DNA of 64,000 nt from an uncultured Bacteroidota bacterium (GCA_963716765.1 CAVQUO010000022.1:393913-457912), one strand, 5' to 3'; shown: positions 33,636 through 45,930, counted from the stretch's first letter. Translations and numbers: made by a program. The notes: generated by a model from the letters alone, not told the origin.

Positions 33636-35260
33636 ATGGAACAGGCACTGGAGTGGATCAGGAGCCTGAAACTGGTGGTGAAAATCTTCTCTGCTGCTTC
33701 TGGAAATTGCCGGAATGCTCCTGGTGATATCTTTACCTGCAGACCTTTATCTGGAAAATGGCAGCCGGACTCCTGGTGATTGTGGGAATACCGGTGGCCT
33801 GGTGGTTTATCTCCAGCAGCCTGCGAAAAGCCTCCGAACGCATCATTGATGAAGAAAGCCCCATCCATATCCAGGTATCCAACCTGGTAAAGATTTATGG
33901 CAGAGAATCCAAAATGGTCAGGGAATTTAAAGCAGGGGGAAGAATGGCCAGAATGGCCAGGACAGCCTGGACAGGGCTCTGAAACCCAAGCTGGAATCAC
34001 TGATCTGGCAACTTCCCCTGCTGGGATTTCCTGGTCTATTTTTCCTGGTTCTACCTGGTCAGTGGATTCTGGCAGCTGGTCTCTTCGGCCGTGGCATACT
34101 ACTACCTGCTGGCCATCATGGGGGACTTCAGCAGGCTCACCGGCAAAACGGCACTTAGACTGTCTGAACAAGCTGTTCAGGTATGGAGCTCCCTCTGCTG
34201 GTGCTTGTTCTTTTCCAGATACAGGTGGGATAACCTGCCCTTAGCCTGCTGGCGGGTGTTCTCTGGTACCTGGTCATTGCCATGGGAGATGTTTCCGTCA
34301 TGGTGAAACAGAAGGATTTTGAACTGAAAAAGATCCGACCACTTATACGCTGGTTTTTCTGGTTTGTTTCTGTGCTTCCCGGACTGGGACAGGGATCCGG
34401 AACAATTTAAGGCCCTCAAAGGAGTCTCCCTGGAGATCGGTACCGGTATGTTTGGATTGCTGGGACCCAATGGTGCCGGGAAATCAACCATGATCCGAAT
34501 CATCTGCGGCATCCTGGAGCAGAGCTATGGAAAGATCTGGATCAACGGGATCGATACCCAGGAGAAGCGAGAGGAGCTGCAGGGACTTATTGGTTACCTG
34601 CCCCAGGAATTTGGCATGTATGAAAACATGTCGGCCTATGCCTACCTGGATTACCAGGCCATTCTGAAAGGAATTACGGACCAGCATGACCAGGGCAAGA
34701 CGAATCAGGGAGGTACTGGATTCGGTGCATATGTGGGACCAGCGACAGAAAAAGATCGGGGCCTATTCGGGAGGAATGAAGCAGCGGATCGGTATTGCCC
34801 AGGTGCTGCTGCACCTGCCCAGAATCCTGGTGGTGGATGAACCCACTGCCGGACTGGATCCCACGGGAACGGATCCGTTTCAGGAACCTGCTGGTGGAAC
34901 TGAGTGCCACCCGGGTGGTGATCTTTTCCACCCATATCATTGAGGATATTTCCAGCTTCCTGCAATACCATGGCAGTGATCAACAGGGGAGAGGTGCTCT
35001 TTAACGGAACCCCGGCGGAAATGACCGAAATTGCCAGAGGGCAGGGTCTGGAAATCCACTCTTCCTGCTGCAGCAATTTGAAGAAGCAAACCAGGAGATT
35101 GCTGGTGGTGCACCATATGAGAGATGGTGAAAACATCAGGTTCAGATGCATCTCTGCAGAGAAACCCTTTGAAGATGCCGTTGAGGAATCACCACTTCTG
35201 GAGGATGCCTACCTCTGGCTGCTACGTTCAGATAAAGAGAAGACAGGGAAAAGTCAATAA
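33636..35260 (+). CDS. membrane-anchored ABC ATP-binding protein, paralog 2: about 2 N-terminal TM helices plus an ~165-aa hydrophobic insertion between strand beta-1 and the Walker A region; about 8 frame changes
   Basis: [51 protein letters not shown]...[15 protein letters not shown], then hydrophobic fragments (33911-34405), then [62 protein letters not shown]. Confidence 0.7.
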
Positions 35261-35264
35261 GCAT

Positions 35265-35950
35265 ATGTCACGAAACAGATCATTCATACAAAATACATTC
35301 AGCCTGGCCAGGTACAATATGAGGATCATCTTCGGAGGGAAAGTTTATCTATTTCATCCTGGCAGCCTTTATTTTCTTCCTGGTATTTGGAACCATTATG
35401 GCACTGGACAGCGGTGATATGGACATGGAAGATATTTATGGCCTGCTGGCCTTCCCGGCCATCCTGCTGGTCTTTTTTCCCTCGGTATTCGGAATCCAGA
35501 GCGATGCCGATCAGCGGACCCTGGAGATTATTTTTGGCATCCCCGATTACCGCTACAAGGTCTGGCTGGTTCGCTACCTCATGATCCTGCTCCTGGTATT
35601 TTTGCTGCTTTTCCCCTTTGCCGGACTGGCCTACTATGCCCTGATCAGCTTTCCCGGTTCTGAAGATGATTCTCCACCTGATGGTGCTGGTTCTTTTTGT
35701 TTCTGCCCTTGGATTTTCTCTATCCACCATGGTGAGGAACGGCAATGCCACTGCGGTGATCATGGTGATTATCGGACTTGCCCTTCTGATCCTTGCCGAT
35801 GAACTGGATGAATCCAAATGGAACATCTTCCTCAATCCATTTAATATTCCCCGGAATATTAATGAGATTGTCTGGCAGGAAACCATCCGGCAGAACCGGA
35901 TCATCATGGGGATTGGAAGCGTGGTTCTGATCCTGTCTGGGTCTGTCTGA
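35265..35950 (+). CDS. ABC-2-type permease (about 228 aa); 2 frame changes
   Basis: Starts 4 nt after the ATPase stop. Six hydrophobic segments across 35265..35417, 35398..35802 and 35666..35950. Confidence 0.65.
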
Positions 35951-36039
35951 ATCTTCAGCGAAGGGAGAAGTTTCTGCGTTAGGGAAAGCAATTGTCATCC
36001 CGTAAATTTTTTCTATCTTCTGCATCAAAACCTGAAACG

Positions 36040-37555
36040 ATGCATTTCCAAAGACTATTTCTTTTATTAACGGCTTTCATGCTTATGAACTCTTCAGTCC
36101 TTATCGGCCAGCTCAGCCAACCATCCATTGGTTCTTTCCAGGCATTCACAGATATAGGTTCCCCGGGCATTCCTGGCAGTGTTTCCTACAATGAACCCCA
36201 GCAGGAATACCTGATGAGGGGTTCGGGAGAGAATATCTGGTTTGGGAAGGACTGCCTTCTCCTTCCTCTGGAAAAAAATGAATGGTGACTACATCATCCA
36301 GGCCAGTGTGGAATTTCTGCTGGAAGGAAACCACCTCCACAGAAAGGCCGGACTGATGATCCGGGAGGGACTCGCATCCGATGCAGTACATATCTCCTGT
36401 GTGGTCCATGGCGACGGATTAACTGCCCTGCAATTCCGAAAAAAGCAGGGAGCCGATATGGAAGAGCTGAAGTTTCAGACTTGAAGGCCCGGATATACTC
36501 CAGCTGGAAAAGAAGGGATCTACCTTCACCATGTCGGTGGCCCATTTCGGGGAAATCTTATGCATCTCAATCCATGGATATGGATCTAGAAGCAGAGCAA
36601 TTTGCCGGGCTCTTCATCTGCTCCCATGATGATAACTTTTCCGAAACAGCCCGCTTTTCCAATGTGCGCATCCATGGAACTGCGCCTGATGATCTGGTGC
36701 AGTATGAAACTTACCTTGGGAAGCATGCTGGAGATCATGGATGTGGAAAATGGCAGCAGGAAGGTACTGGGCGGAGCAACCGGTTCATGGCAGGCTCCAA
36801 ACTGGAGTCCGGATGGAAACTCACTCATTTACAATGCCGATGGATTGCTCTATAAGTTTTGATATTGAATCCAGTGAATCGACCCTCATCCCTTCCGGAC
36901 TGGCCGTTCGTAACAACAACGACCATGTAATTTCCTTTGACGGAACCATGATGGCCATTTCTCACCATGCAGAAGAAGACCAGGGCCGGTCGGTGGTATA
37001 CACCCTTCCGCTTGAGGGGGGAGATACCAACACGCATCACACCTCTTGAGCCCGTCCTACCTTCATGGCTGGTCGGCCGATGATAAATACCTGGTTTATA
37101 CCGCCGAGCGAAACGGAGCTTACAACATCTTCAGGATTCCATCCGGGGGAGGCGATGAAGTACAGCTTACAGACACACCCACCCTGGATGACGGTCCCGA
37201 GTACAGTCCGGACGGGAAATACATCTATTTCAACTCAGCCCGCACAGGGACCATGCAAATCTGGAGAATGGATCCCGATGGCGGAAATCAGACCCAGCTG
37301 ACCGATGATCCATACAATAACTGGTTCCCCCATATTTCACCCGATGGAAAGTGGATCGTATTCATCTCCTTTCCCCCTGAAGTCCCCGCTGACTCACACC
37401 CCTTCTACGAAAGGGTGTACCTGAGGCTGATGTCGGTGGAGCAGATGGAGCCCAAAGTTGTGGCCTATTTGTATGGCGGGCAGGGTACCATCAACGTTCC
37501 CAGCTGGTCGCCCGACAGTAAACGTATTGCCTTTGTGAGTAATGGGCTTTATTAA
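36040..37555 (+). CDS. secreted protein with lectin/glucanase-like N-domain and TolB-like beta-propeller; about 6 frame changes
   Basis: Signal peptide [16 protein letters not shown]. Propeller repeats [46 protein letters not shown]. Confidence 0.7.
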
Positions 37556-37593
37556 TTCGGGACTCTGGTTTCCAGACCCTAAAACCTCAAACC

Positions 37594-38682
37594 ATGAAAA
37601 AAAAGCTGTTTTTACCAATACTTATCTTATCCTTGTTCCCTGGCCTGCTTAAAGTTTATGCCGCAGATCCGCCACCGGTAATTGGCTTATGCATTGCTGC
37701 CCCCCGGAGCAGATGCAGTTGATCAGTTTATTAATTTCATGGAAGAAGGAACTGGGCCAGGTGGCATTAATACCCTGGTTCTGCGTGTGGATTACAATTT
37801 TGCCTATAACTCTCATCCCGAACTCAGAGACGAGAATCCTTTGAGCAGGAAGCAGGTAAAAAGCCTGTTGGAATGCGCCGACAAACAGGGAATCCGGATC
37901 ATTCCCCAGATCAACCTGCTGGGTCACCAGTCCTGGCACAGCAAGCTGGAGAAATTGCTGGAGGTTTATCCCGAATTTGATGAGACTCCCTCGGTAAAGC
38001 TTCCTGAATACTATGAATGGCCAAACGAAGACGGACTATACTGCAAAAGCTACTGTCCGCTTCACCCCGAAGTTCACGAGGTGGTCTTTTCACTGGTGAG
38101 ATGAGATCATGGAGGTATTTGAGGCCGACGCTTTCCATGCGGGCATGGATGAGGTCTTCTACATTGGCATGGATGAATGCCCCCGATGTAATGGAAAGGA
38201 TAAGGCCAAACTCTTTGCCGATGAGGTAAACCTGATTTCCGGCCACCTGCAAAGCAGAGGGCAGGGAACTCTGGATCTGGGGCGACAGGCTGATTGATGG
38301 CAAAACCACCGGAATCGGAATGTGGGAGGCCAGTGAGAATGATACCCATGGAGCCATCGATATGATTGACAAGAATGTGGTGATCTGTGACTGGCATTAC
38401 GAAAGGGCAGATCCCACGGCTGCACTATTTGCATTGAAGGGTTTCCGGGTGATTACCTGCCCATGGAGGTCGCCCTGATATTACCCGCACCCAGCTTCAA
38501 ATGACCGACACCTTTCGTGCAAATACCCGGGAAAGGCAAAGGGATCGCTATTTGGCTTCATGCAAACCGTCTGGAGTCCTGCGGAAAGCTTCCTGGAAGA
38601 ATACTATTCAGCGGATGAAGATATCTCAAACGGCGGACAGGTGGGCAGCCTGAAGGCAATTATGGGACTATTATTCAAATAG
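37594..38682 (+). CDS. glycoside hydrolase family 20-like (TIM-barrel hexosaminidase-like) protein; many frame changes
   Basis: Signal peptide MKKKLFLPILILSLF; GINTLVLRVDYNF...GIRIIPQINLLGHQSW...FHAGMDEVFYIG. Confidence 0.55.
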
Positions 38683-38691
38683 CAACTGAGT

Positions 38692-39860
38692 ATGACCCGG
38701 CTCAAATCCATTGACATCCTCAGGGCTCTGACCATGCTGTTGATGATCTTTGTAAACGACCTGTGGTCCCTGAACGATATTCCCGAATGGCTCGGACACA
38801 AGGCGGCCGATGTGGATGGAATGGGTCTGGCCGATGTGGTCTTTCCTGCCTTCCTTTTCATAGTGGGCTTATCCATTCCCTTTGCCATAAATGCCCGTTT
38901 AAAAAAAGGAGATTCCCGTAAACTGATTCTCAGACACATCATTGAGCGTACCCTGGCCCTTTTGATCATGGGGGTGTTTATGGTAAACCTTGAGAATATT
39001 GATAAGATCGGCCATGTTAATCAGTAAACCACTCTGGCAAATCCTGATGACCCTGGCCTTTTTCCTGATCTGGAATGTATATCGGGGCAAGGCTTCTGGG
39101 TAGGATTTCACCCCTGTTTATGAAAGCAATGGGGTGGGTCATGCTTGTTTTCCTTGCAATCATATACAAAGCGCCCGACCAGGGCGCCGGTACCTGGATG
39201 CATTTTCACTGGTGGGGCATCCTTGGACTCATTGGCTGGGGCTACCTGCTCAGCGCCCTTGTCTACCTCTTCATCGGGAATAAACCCGGCTGGCTATTTC
39301 TGATCCTCACCATGCTCTATGTTCTGAACGTCAACGAATTCGTAACACCATTCGGATTTTCATTAAAAATTGTGATCAGTGCTTCCTCCTACGCACTTGT
39401 AATGGGTGGCCTTCTCTCAAGCGCGGTTTTGATCCAACTTCAGGAGAAGAATAGAAGCACCAGACTGATTCCGCTTCTTCTTGCATTTGCAGCCCTCTTA
39501 CTGATCTTTGGTTTCCTGACCCGACCTGCCTGGGGAATCTCCAAGATTATGGGCACCCCTTCCTGGACAGCCATCTGTTCGGCCCTTACAGCGCTTTCCT
39601 TTGCCCTCCTGTACTTTCTGAGCGATAAACTGGGCATTTACCGCTGGGCCGATCTTCATTAAAGCGGCCGGGACAAGCACACTTACCTGTTATCTGCTTC
39701 CCTACATCGTATATGCACTATGGAACCATTTCCGGGATCAGTGTAGCTGATTTCCTGAACACGGGATTAGTGGGGCTTCTGAAATCAGCAACTTTTCGCC
39801 ATCCTGATCATACAGCTTACAGGCTTGTTGGGAAGGTGGAACATCAAATTAAAAATCTAA
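38692..39860 (+). CDS. DUF5009 / HGSNAT-like (DUF1624) transmembrane acetyltransferase family protein, copy 1; about 4 frame changes
   Basis: RLKSIDILRALTMLLMIFVNDLW...GMGLADVVFPAFLFIVGLSIPFA, then multiple TM segments, ending ...IKLKI. Confidence 0.65.
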
Positions 39861-39864
39861 GCTC

Positions 39865-40919
39865 ATGGGATTATTGTTTTTCTACCTCTTCCTGGCACTT
39901 TTTGTTTCCTTTCTGTGTTCCATTATGGAATCTGTACTCCTTTCCACACCCCAGTCTTTTGTCCTGGTGGAGAAAGATAAGGGAAAGGGCTGGGCCATAA
40001 ACTGGCCGATTATAAGCAAAATGTGGACAAGCCGCTTTCGGCCATTCTTTCCCTGAATACAGTGGCCCACACCATTGGAGCAGCCGGTGTGGGGCCCAGG
40101 CGGTTGAAGGTTTTCGGGGAAGACTATTTTGGACTTGTTTCAGTAGTTCTTACCCTGCTGATCCTTATTTTCACTGAGATCATTCCCAAAACCCTTGGAG
40201 CCAATAACTGGAGAATTCTGGCTTCATTCACTACGTCAATACCATCAGGATCATGATTATTATCACCTATCCACTGGTATGGCTCACATCCCTTATTTCC
40301 AGACTTCTCTCCCGGAAACAGAGTCAACTGTCAACCAGCCGTGAGGAGATATCTGTTCTGGCCGGAATCGCAGCTGAAGAGGGTTTATTCTCGAAAAAAG
40401 TGAGTAAAATTATCCAGAATGTGCTCAGGCTAAAGGATGTGCGGGTTTCTGAAGTGATGACTCCCCGGGTGGTGGTGGCCCGTGCCGAGGAAAACACCCT
40501 GCTTGGGGATTTTATGAAACATAAGGATTTTCTCAGATTTTCACGAATTCCTGTGTATGATACTACAGATGATAATGTTACAGGCTATGTTTTCCGGCAA
40601 GAGGTTTTTGAAGAGCTGGCTGAAGATCATCATAAAATGAAAGCTGAAAGATTTGAAAAGGGAAATCCAGGTTGTTACTGCGCCCATGACCCTCTTTTCG
40701 GTTTGGGAACAACTGCTTCAAAATAAGGAGCATATGGCTCTGGTGGTGGATGAATATGGCGGAATGGATGGTGTGGTTACCATGGAGGACATCATCGAAA
40801 CCCTGCTTGGACTTGAAATCGTTGATGAAAGTGATGCGGTTACAGATATGCAACAACTGGCAAGGGAACGCTGGGAAGCCAGGCAGGCCAAATATAAATT
40901 TTTACAGAAAAGGACTTAA
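39865..40919 (+). CDS. CNNM/DUF21 + CBS-pair membrane protein (hemolysin C/CorC-like); about 4 frame changes
   Basis: SIMESVLLS...LSLNTVAHTIGAAGVG...EIIPKTLG (DUF21); VSEVMTPRVVV and ALVVDEYGGMDGVVTMEDIIETLLGLEIVDE (CBS). Confidence 0.85.
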
Positions 40920-40930
40920 TTCACAGGTTC

Positions 40931-41582
40931 ATGAAAAAACTACCTATTTTATTTCTGACAGCAATACTACTTTTAGCGGGCATTGTTGACAACACTAGGA
41001 CAGGAAAAGACATACCGACCCGGACTGGCTTTCAGGGAAGACTGGAAGGAAATTCCTGCAGAAACACCCGTCAACCAGAAACATGTGAATCACCCCGACC
41101 TGATTTTGGGTTTGTACGGACCGGGTAAGGACAGCATAAAAAAGAGTCACCATGACACACCCGTGGATGATCCCTGGTACATCTGGTCGGGCACCACCAC
41201 ACGGAAACTGGGCTGTATCCCTGTGAATACAGAAACAAGCATCTTGACCTGTCCAGGTATGGCCGGATCAGATGGAGGAGCAAGCAATATGGATTCAGGG
41301 AGCTTGCATATCATCCTGAAGCTGGCCGATGGTACCTGGCTGGTGAGCAGGGAGTCGGACGATTATTCGGGCGACTGGCGAATCAGGGAGTTTATCATCG
41401 AAGACCTGGAATGGTACACCCTGGACATTGAAAACATTATTGAGCTTAAGCCAATTCAGGATCCGGATCTCTCCCGGGTAAGCGAAGTGGGCTTTACCGA
41501 CCTCATGCGCGGGGGAGGCAGCGCTGCCTGTTCCCGACTTGATTGGATTGAAGTTTATGCCTACCTTGTTGATGGCAATTGA
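40931..41582 (+). CDS. hypothetical secreted protein; one frame change near 40985
   Basis: Signal peptide MKKLPILFLTAILLLAG, then ORF 40983..41582. No family recognised. Confidence 0.5.
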
Positions 41583-41608
41583 TTCTAAGCGCGATAAATA
41601 CCTGAAAC

Positions 41609-42612
41609 ATGAAAAAAAAGATCACACGGAGAGAATTTGTGCAAACCAGTGCTGCTGCAGCTGCTGCAGTATCCGTTCTGCCTGCTGCGGCTTGTTCACT
41701 GAATAAGTCTCCATACGATGCCAAGGGCATGCCCACTGTAAAACTGGGAAAAACAGGCGTAAAGGTACCCAGGCTGGGCTTTGGCTGCGGAAGCAGGTGG
41801 ATGGGAGTGCAAAGTGATGACGCTGCCCTGGAAATTCTCGAATATGCCCTCCAGCAGGGCCTTTATTACTGGGATACAGCTGCCTCCTATGGCAATGACC
41901 AGATCTCCAGCGAGGAACGGATCGGAAAGATTCTGAAAAAGCACCGGGAAAGCGTTTTTCTTGTTTCCAAAACGGGAGAGCGGGATGGAGACAAGGCAAA
42001 GGAAAGTATTGAAACGAGCCTTAAAAGGCTTGCAGACCGACCATATTGATCTGCTTCATGTGCACTCCATTACCTCTGTTGAAGATGCAGAACAACTGGG
42101 AGAAAAGGGAAAAGTGCTGGATGTGCTGGAGCAGTATAAAAAAGAAGGAATCATCAAAAATATTGGTTTTACGGGTCACAGCTCTGCCGATGGCATGAGA
42201 CGGGCAGCTGAACTTTATGACTTTGATGCCATGATGATGGCCCTGAACCACCAGTCCACCGATGGATCCCAGGCATTTGAAGAAAATCCGGCCACCTTTG
42301 CCTTTGGGAAGGGAATGGGAGTCATTGCCATGAAAGTGATCCGGCCCAGGGAGAGCATTCAGGGCCTGGATGCCAGTGACCTGGTTAATTATGCCCTGAG
42401 CCTGAAGCAGTTTCACATGATTAATGTGGGTATCGACAGCATGGAGGTACTTAAATCAAACATAGCACTGGTACAGGAGTTTCACCCCGCTTGATGAACA
42501 AAAAATGAAGGATATCCGGCTGGCTCTTCAGCCATTCTACCAGGGGAAGAACCTGGCCTGGATGCAGCCAGGCTACCGGGACGGTTGGGAGCACGGAATT
42601 CGGCGAGCATGA
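41609..42612 (+). CDS. aldo/keto reductase with twin-arginine signal; 2 frame changes
   Basis: MKKKITRREFVQTSAAAAAAVSVL (Tat-like), YWDTAASYGN, LKRLQTDHIDLLHVH, IGFTGHS. Confidence 0.85.
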
Positions 42613-42650
42613 CAAAATAATGAGGCTGTCTTATTCACACTTCTGACCCA

Positions 42651-44021
42651 CTAATTCTCTGAATAAAACCTCTCCTTGTGCTTTTCCGCCAGAGAAATCA
42701 GCTCTGAGGCAACTTCCGGAAAATCTGCCAGCACATTTGTGCTTTCATAAGGATCGGCCTGCATATCAAAAAGGGCCGTGTCGATCTCCATCATGGCATA
42801 ACGGCCCGGAAAACCATCTGCTCCAGCCGAATCCAGGGTACGGTAGGGGTGGGGCAGGTGCAGTTTCCACCGGCCATCACCCGAAATAATTCCCTCGAAA
42901 TTGCGGTTGTTTGAAAAGGCATAATAGGCATGGGGATTTTTTGCTCCCTCTTTACCCTTGATCAGCTCCCATACATTCTCTCCGTCAATTTCATTCTTCG
43001 GAAGCGGAATACCTGCCAGTTCACAAAGGGTGGGAAGTAGGTCGACGGAGCCCAGGGTGCGGGTGGATACGGAACCAGGCTCAATTTCACCCGGGATATT
43101 TCATGATGCAGGCCGAGCGGATCCCACCGTCAAAGCTGGTTCCCTTGGCTTCCCTGAAAGGGGTGGCTCCCGGCATGGTCTCCATAGACCACCCAGGGTC
43201 CGTTGTCGGAGGTCAGAATCACGATGGTATTCTGATCCACTCCGGCATCCTTCAGGGCCTGGTTTATCTGTCCCACGCTCCAGTCAATCTCCAGGATCAC
43301 ATCTCCATAGAGACCCTTTCCCGATTTACCTTCAAATTCATCACTGCAAAACAGGGGTACATGGGGCATGCTGTGGGGTACATAGAGCAGAAAGGGCTCT
43401 TCGCTGTGCCGTTCAATAAAATCCACGGCATGTTCGGTATACCAGCGGGTAAGGTTTTTCTGATCGGCTTTCTCCACCTCCTCAATGATAACCTTACCGT
43501 TCTCCCAGTACCTTAAGTGGCCATTTTCCCCAGTACTCGGGATCACCCGGATGGTATTTCCACATATCGTTGGAATACATCAGTCCGCAGGTCTCATCAA
43601 ATCCCCGGGCATGGGACCTGGTTTCGGGCTGGTCTCCACAATGCCACTTTCCAAAAGCAGCGGTGGCATAACCTGCCTCCTTAAACACCTCTCCCATGGT
43701 GGCAAAGGTGGTATCCAGGCCCCATCCATTGGGTCCATGGGCTCCAAAAACTTTGGTACGACCCGGGTAACAGCCACTCATCAGGGCTGATCGGGAAGCG
43801 GAGCATATGGCCTGCGGCACATAAAAGTTTTGAAAAGCACAGCCTTCCGATGCCAGTTGAGCCACATTGGGAGTTTCCAGGACTCCCTCACCAAAGGGTT
43901 CAAAATCGGCCCACCCCGAATCGTCCAGGAAGATGATTACCACATTGGGTTTTACCGGATTGGGCCGGCAAGCCTGCAAAAACAACAGGGAAAGGGAGAG
44001 AAGGATTGGTAAATATTTCAT
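42651..44021 (-). CDS. arylsulfatase-family (formylglycine-dependent) sulfatase; about 6 frame changes
   Basis: [27 protein letters not shown] (43801-43815), [15 protein letters not shown]. Confidence 0.85.
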
Positions 44022-44187
44022 GTTTTAATTATTTTGAGTGAAATCGAAGATTGTATTGTCCAAAGCCCTGTTTTTCATCTGACCCTGGAAGCAGAAAAAT
44101 AAGGCAGATGAAAAAATATTTTTTGAAGGACTGATTCATAGTCTGTGGTCGTTTGTTTTTTAAAAACCTAAATGTAATGTTTATGAT

Positions 44188-44195
44188 TAAATTTG
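44188..44195 (+). promoter_or_regulatory. candidate -7 box TAAATTTG upstream of the FAD oxidoreductase
   Basis: Matches TAnnTTTG about 70 nt upstream of the ATG at 44266, in a divergent intergenic region. Confidence 0.3.
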
Positions 44196-44265
44196 GAGTA
44201 GATGTGCTCTTTAAAAGCAGCAACGATTCAATGAGAAAATCACCATTAATACTGATAAACCAGTT

Positions 44266-45930
44266 ATGAAAATACCTGCCATTTCCCTTGTCCTTTTGAT
44301 GCTAACCCTGGCTGCTGCTCCGGCCTGTAAGAATACAGCAGAAGAAAAAAAATCAGACGCTTATTCAGCTGATGTGGTCATTTACGGAGGCACCTCGGCA
44401 GCGGTAACAGCAGCAGTGCAGGTAGCACAAATGGGCAGGAAAGCTATAATTGTCTGTCCGGAAACCCATCTTGGGGGGCTGAGCGCTTCCGGATTAGGTT
44501 TTACTGATACTGGTAACAAGGCAGTAATCGGCGGACTGGCGAGGGATTTCTACCATCGCCTCTACCTGCACTACCAGGATGAGAAGGTTTGGAAGTGGCA
44601 AAATAAGTCTGAATATGGAAATGTGGGGCAGGGTCATGTGGCCATTGACGGAGAGTTCAGGACCATGTGGATCTTCGAACCCTCTGCAGCTGAAAAGGTT
44701 TTTGGAGATTTGATCAGGGAGCATAAGATCGCAGTCTACACGGATGAGTGGCTGGATCGGGAATCAGGGGTGGAGCTTCACGCTGGCTCTATCATCTCCT
44801 TCACGACCCTGAGTGGAAAAAAATTCATGGGGAAGAACTATATAGATGCCACTTATGAGGGTGATCTGATGGCTTCTGCGGGAGTGAGCTACACCACCGG
44901 CCGGGAAGGAAGCGATATTTACGGGGAACAGTGGAACGGCGTTCAAACCGGCATTGTGCATCATGGCCATCAATTCAGCTCCCTGATCAGCCCTTATGTG
45001 GTTCCTGGTGATCCGTCCAGTGGCATACTCCCCCGGATCTCCTCTGATGATCCAGGGGTCTATGGAAGCGGTGATCATCGGATTCAGGCCTATTGCTACA
45101 GAATGTGCCTGACCGATATTCCCGAAAACCGGGTAAGCATAAGCCGTCCTGACGGCTATGACTCCACACAATATGAATTGCTGATTCGTGTTTTTGAGTC
45201 AGGCTGGCGCGAAACCTTTAATAAATTTGACCGCATACCCAATGGAAAAACCGACGTAAACAACCATGGTCCGTTCAGCTTCGACAACATTGGAATGAAT
45301 TATGACTATCCGGAAGCGAGTTATGAGCGTAGAAAGGAGATCCTCGATGAACATATCCTTTACCAGAAAGGATTACTGTGGTTCCTGAGAAGCGATCCCA
45401 GGGTGCCCGAGGAAGTCAGACAGGAAATGGCCCGTTGGGGATACGCCGGGGATGAATTTACAGATAATGAAAACTGGCCCCATCAAATCTATGTAAGGGA
45501 AGCCCGAAGGATGATCAGTAACTTTGTAATGACTGAAAATGAAGTGCTGGGAAAAGCTCCCATTTTTCAACCCATTGGCATGGGCTCTTATACCATGGAT
45601 TCACACAATGCCCAGCGCTATATTACACCCGAGGGTTATGTACAAAATGAGGGCGATATCGGCGTTCATACACCACCCTACCAGATTGATTTGGGTTCCA
45701 TTCTACCTGCAAAAGAGGAATGTGCTAACCTGCTGGTCCCGGTTTGCCTTTCCTGCAGTCACATTGCCTTTGGATCCATCCGCATGGAACCGGTATTTAT
45801 GATTCTGGGCCAGAGTGCCGCCACCCTTGCTGTGATGGCCATCGATGATGAAAAGGGCATTCATGATGTGAGTTACGAAAGACTCAGAGCCAAGCTCACT
45901 GAAGACGGGCAGGTCCTTCATTATCCTTAA
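44266..45930 (+). CDS. FAD-dependent oxidoreductase (PF12831-like, the family often mislabelled xanthan lyase); lipoprotein signal; intact
   Basis: DVVIYGGTSAAVTAAVQVAQMG...GGLSASGLGFTD dinucleotide-binding block; 554-aa uninterrupted ORF. Confidence 0.8.
   Translation: MKIPAISLVLLMLTLAAAPACKNTAEEKKSDAYSADVVIYGGTSAAVTAAVQVAQMGRKAIIVCPETHLGGLSASGLGFTDTGNKAVIGGLARDFYHRLYLHYQDEKVWKWQNKSEYGNVGQGHVAIDGEFRTMWIFEPSAAEKVFGDLIREHKIAVYTDEWLDRESGVELHAGSIISFTTLSGKKFMGKNYIDATYEGDLMASAGVSYTTGREGSDIYGEQWNGVQTGIVHHGHQFSSLISPYVVPGDPSSGILPRISSDDPGVYGSGDHRIQAYCYRMCLTDIPENRVSISRPDGYDSTQYELLIRVFESGWRETFNKFDRIPNGKTDVNNHGPFSFDNIGMNYDYPEASYERRKEILDEHILYQKGLLWFLRSDPRVPEEVRQEMARWGYAGDEFTDNENWPHQIYVREARRMISNFVMTENEVLGKAPIFQPIGMGSYTMDSHNAQRYITPEGYVQNEGDIGVHTPPYQIDLGSILPAKEECANLLVPVCLSCSHIAFGSIRMEPVFMILGQSAATLAVMAIDDEKGIHDVSYERLRAKLTEDGQVLHYP

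Noticed and set aside
43801-43815. The sulfatase active-site motif reads C-S-A-S-R rather than the textbook C-x-P-x-R
   Set aside because: The (C/S)-x-(P/A)-x-R variant is an accepted substrate motif for formylglycine-generating maturases, so it is not evidence of inactivity or novelty.
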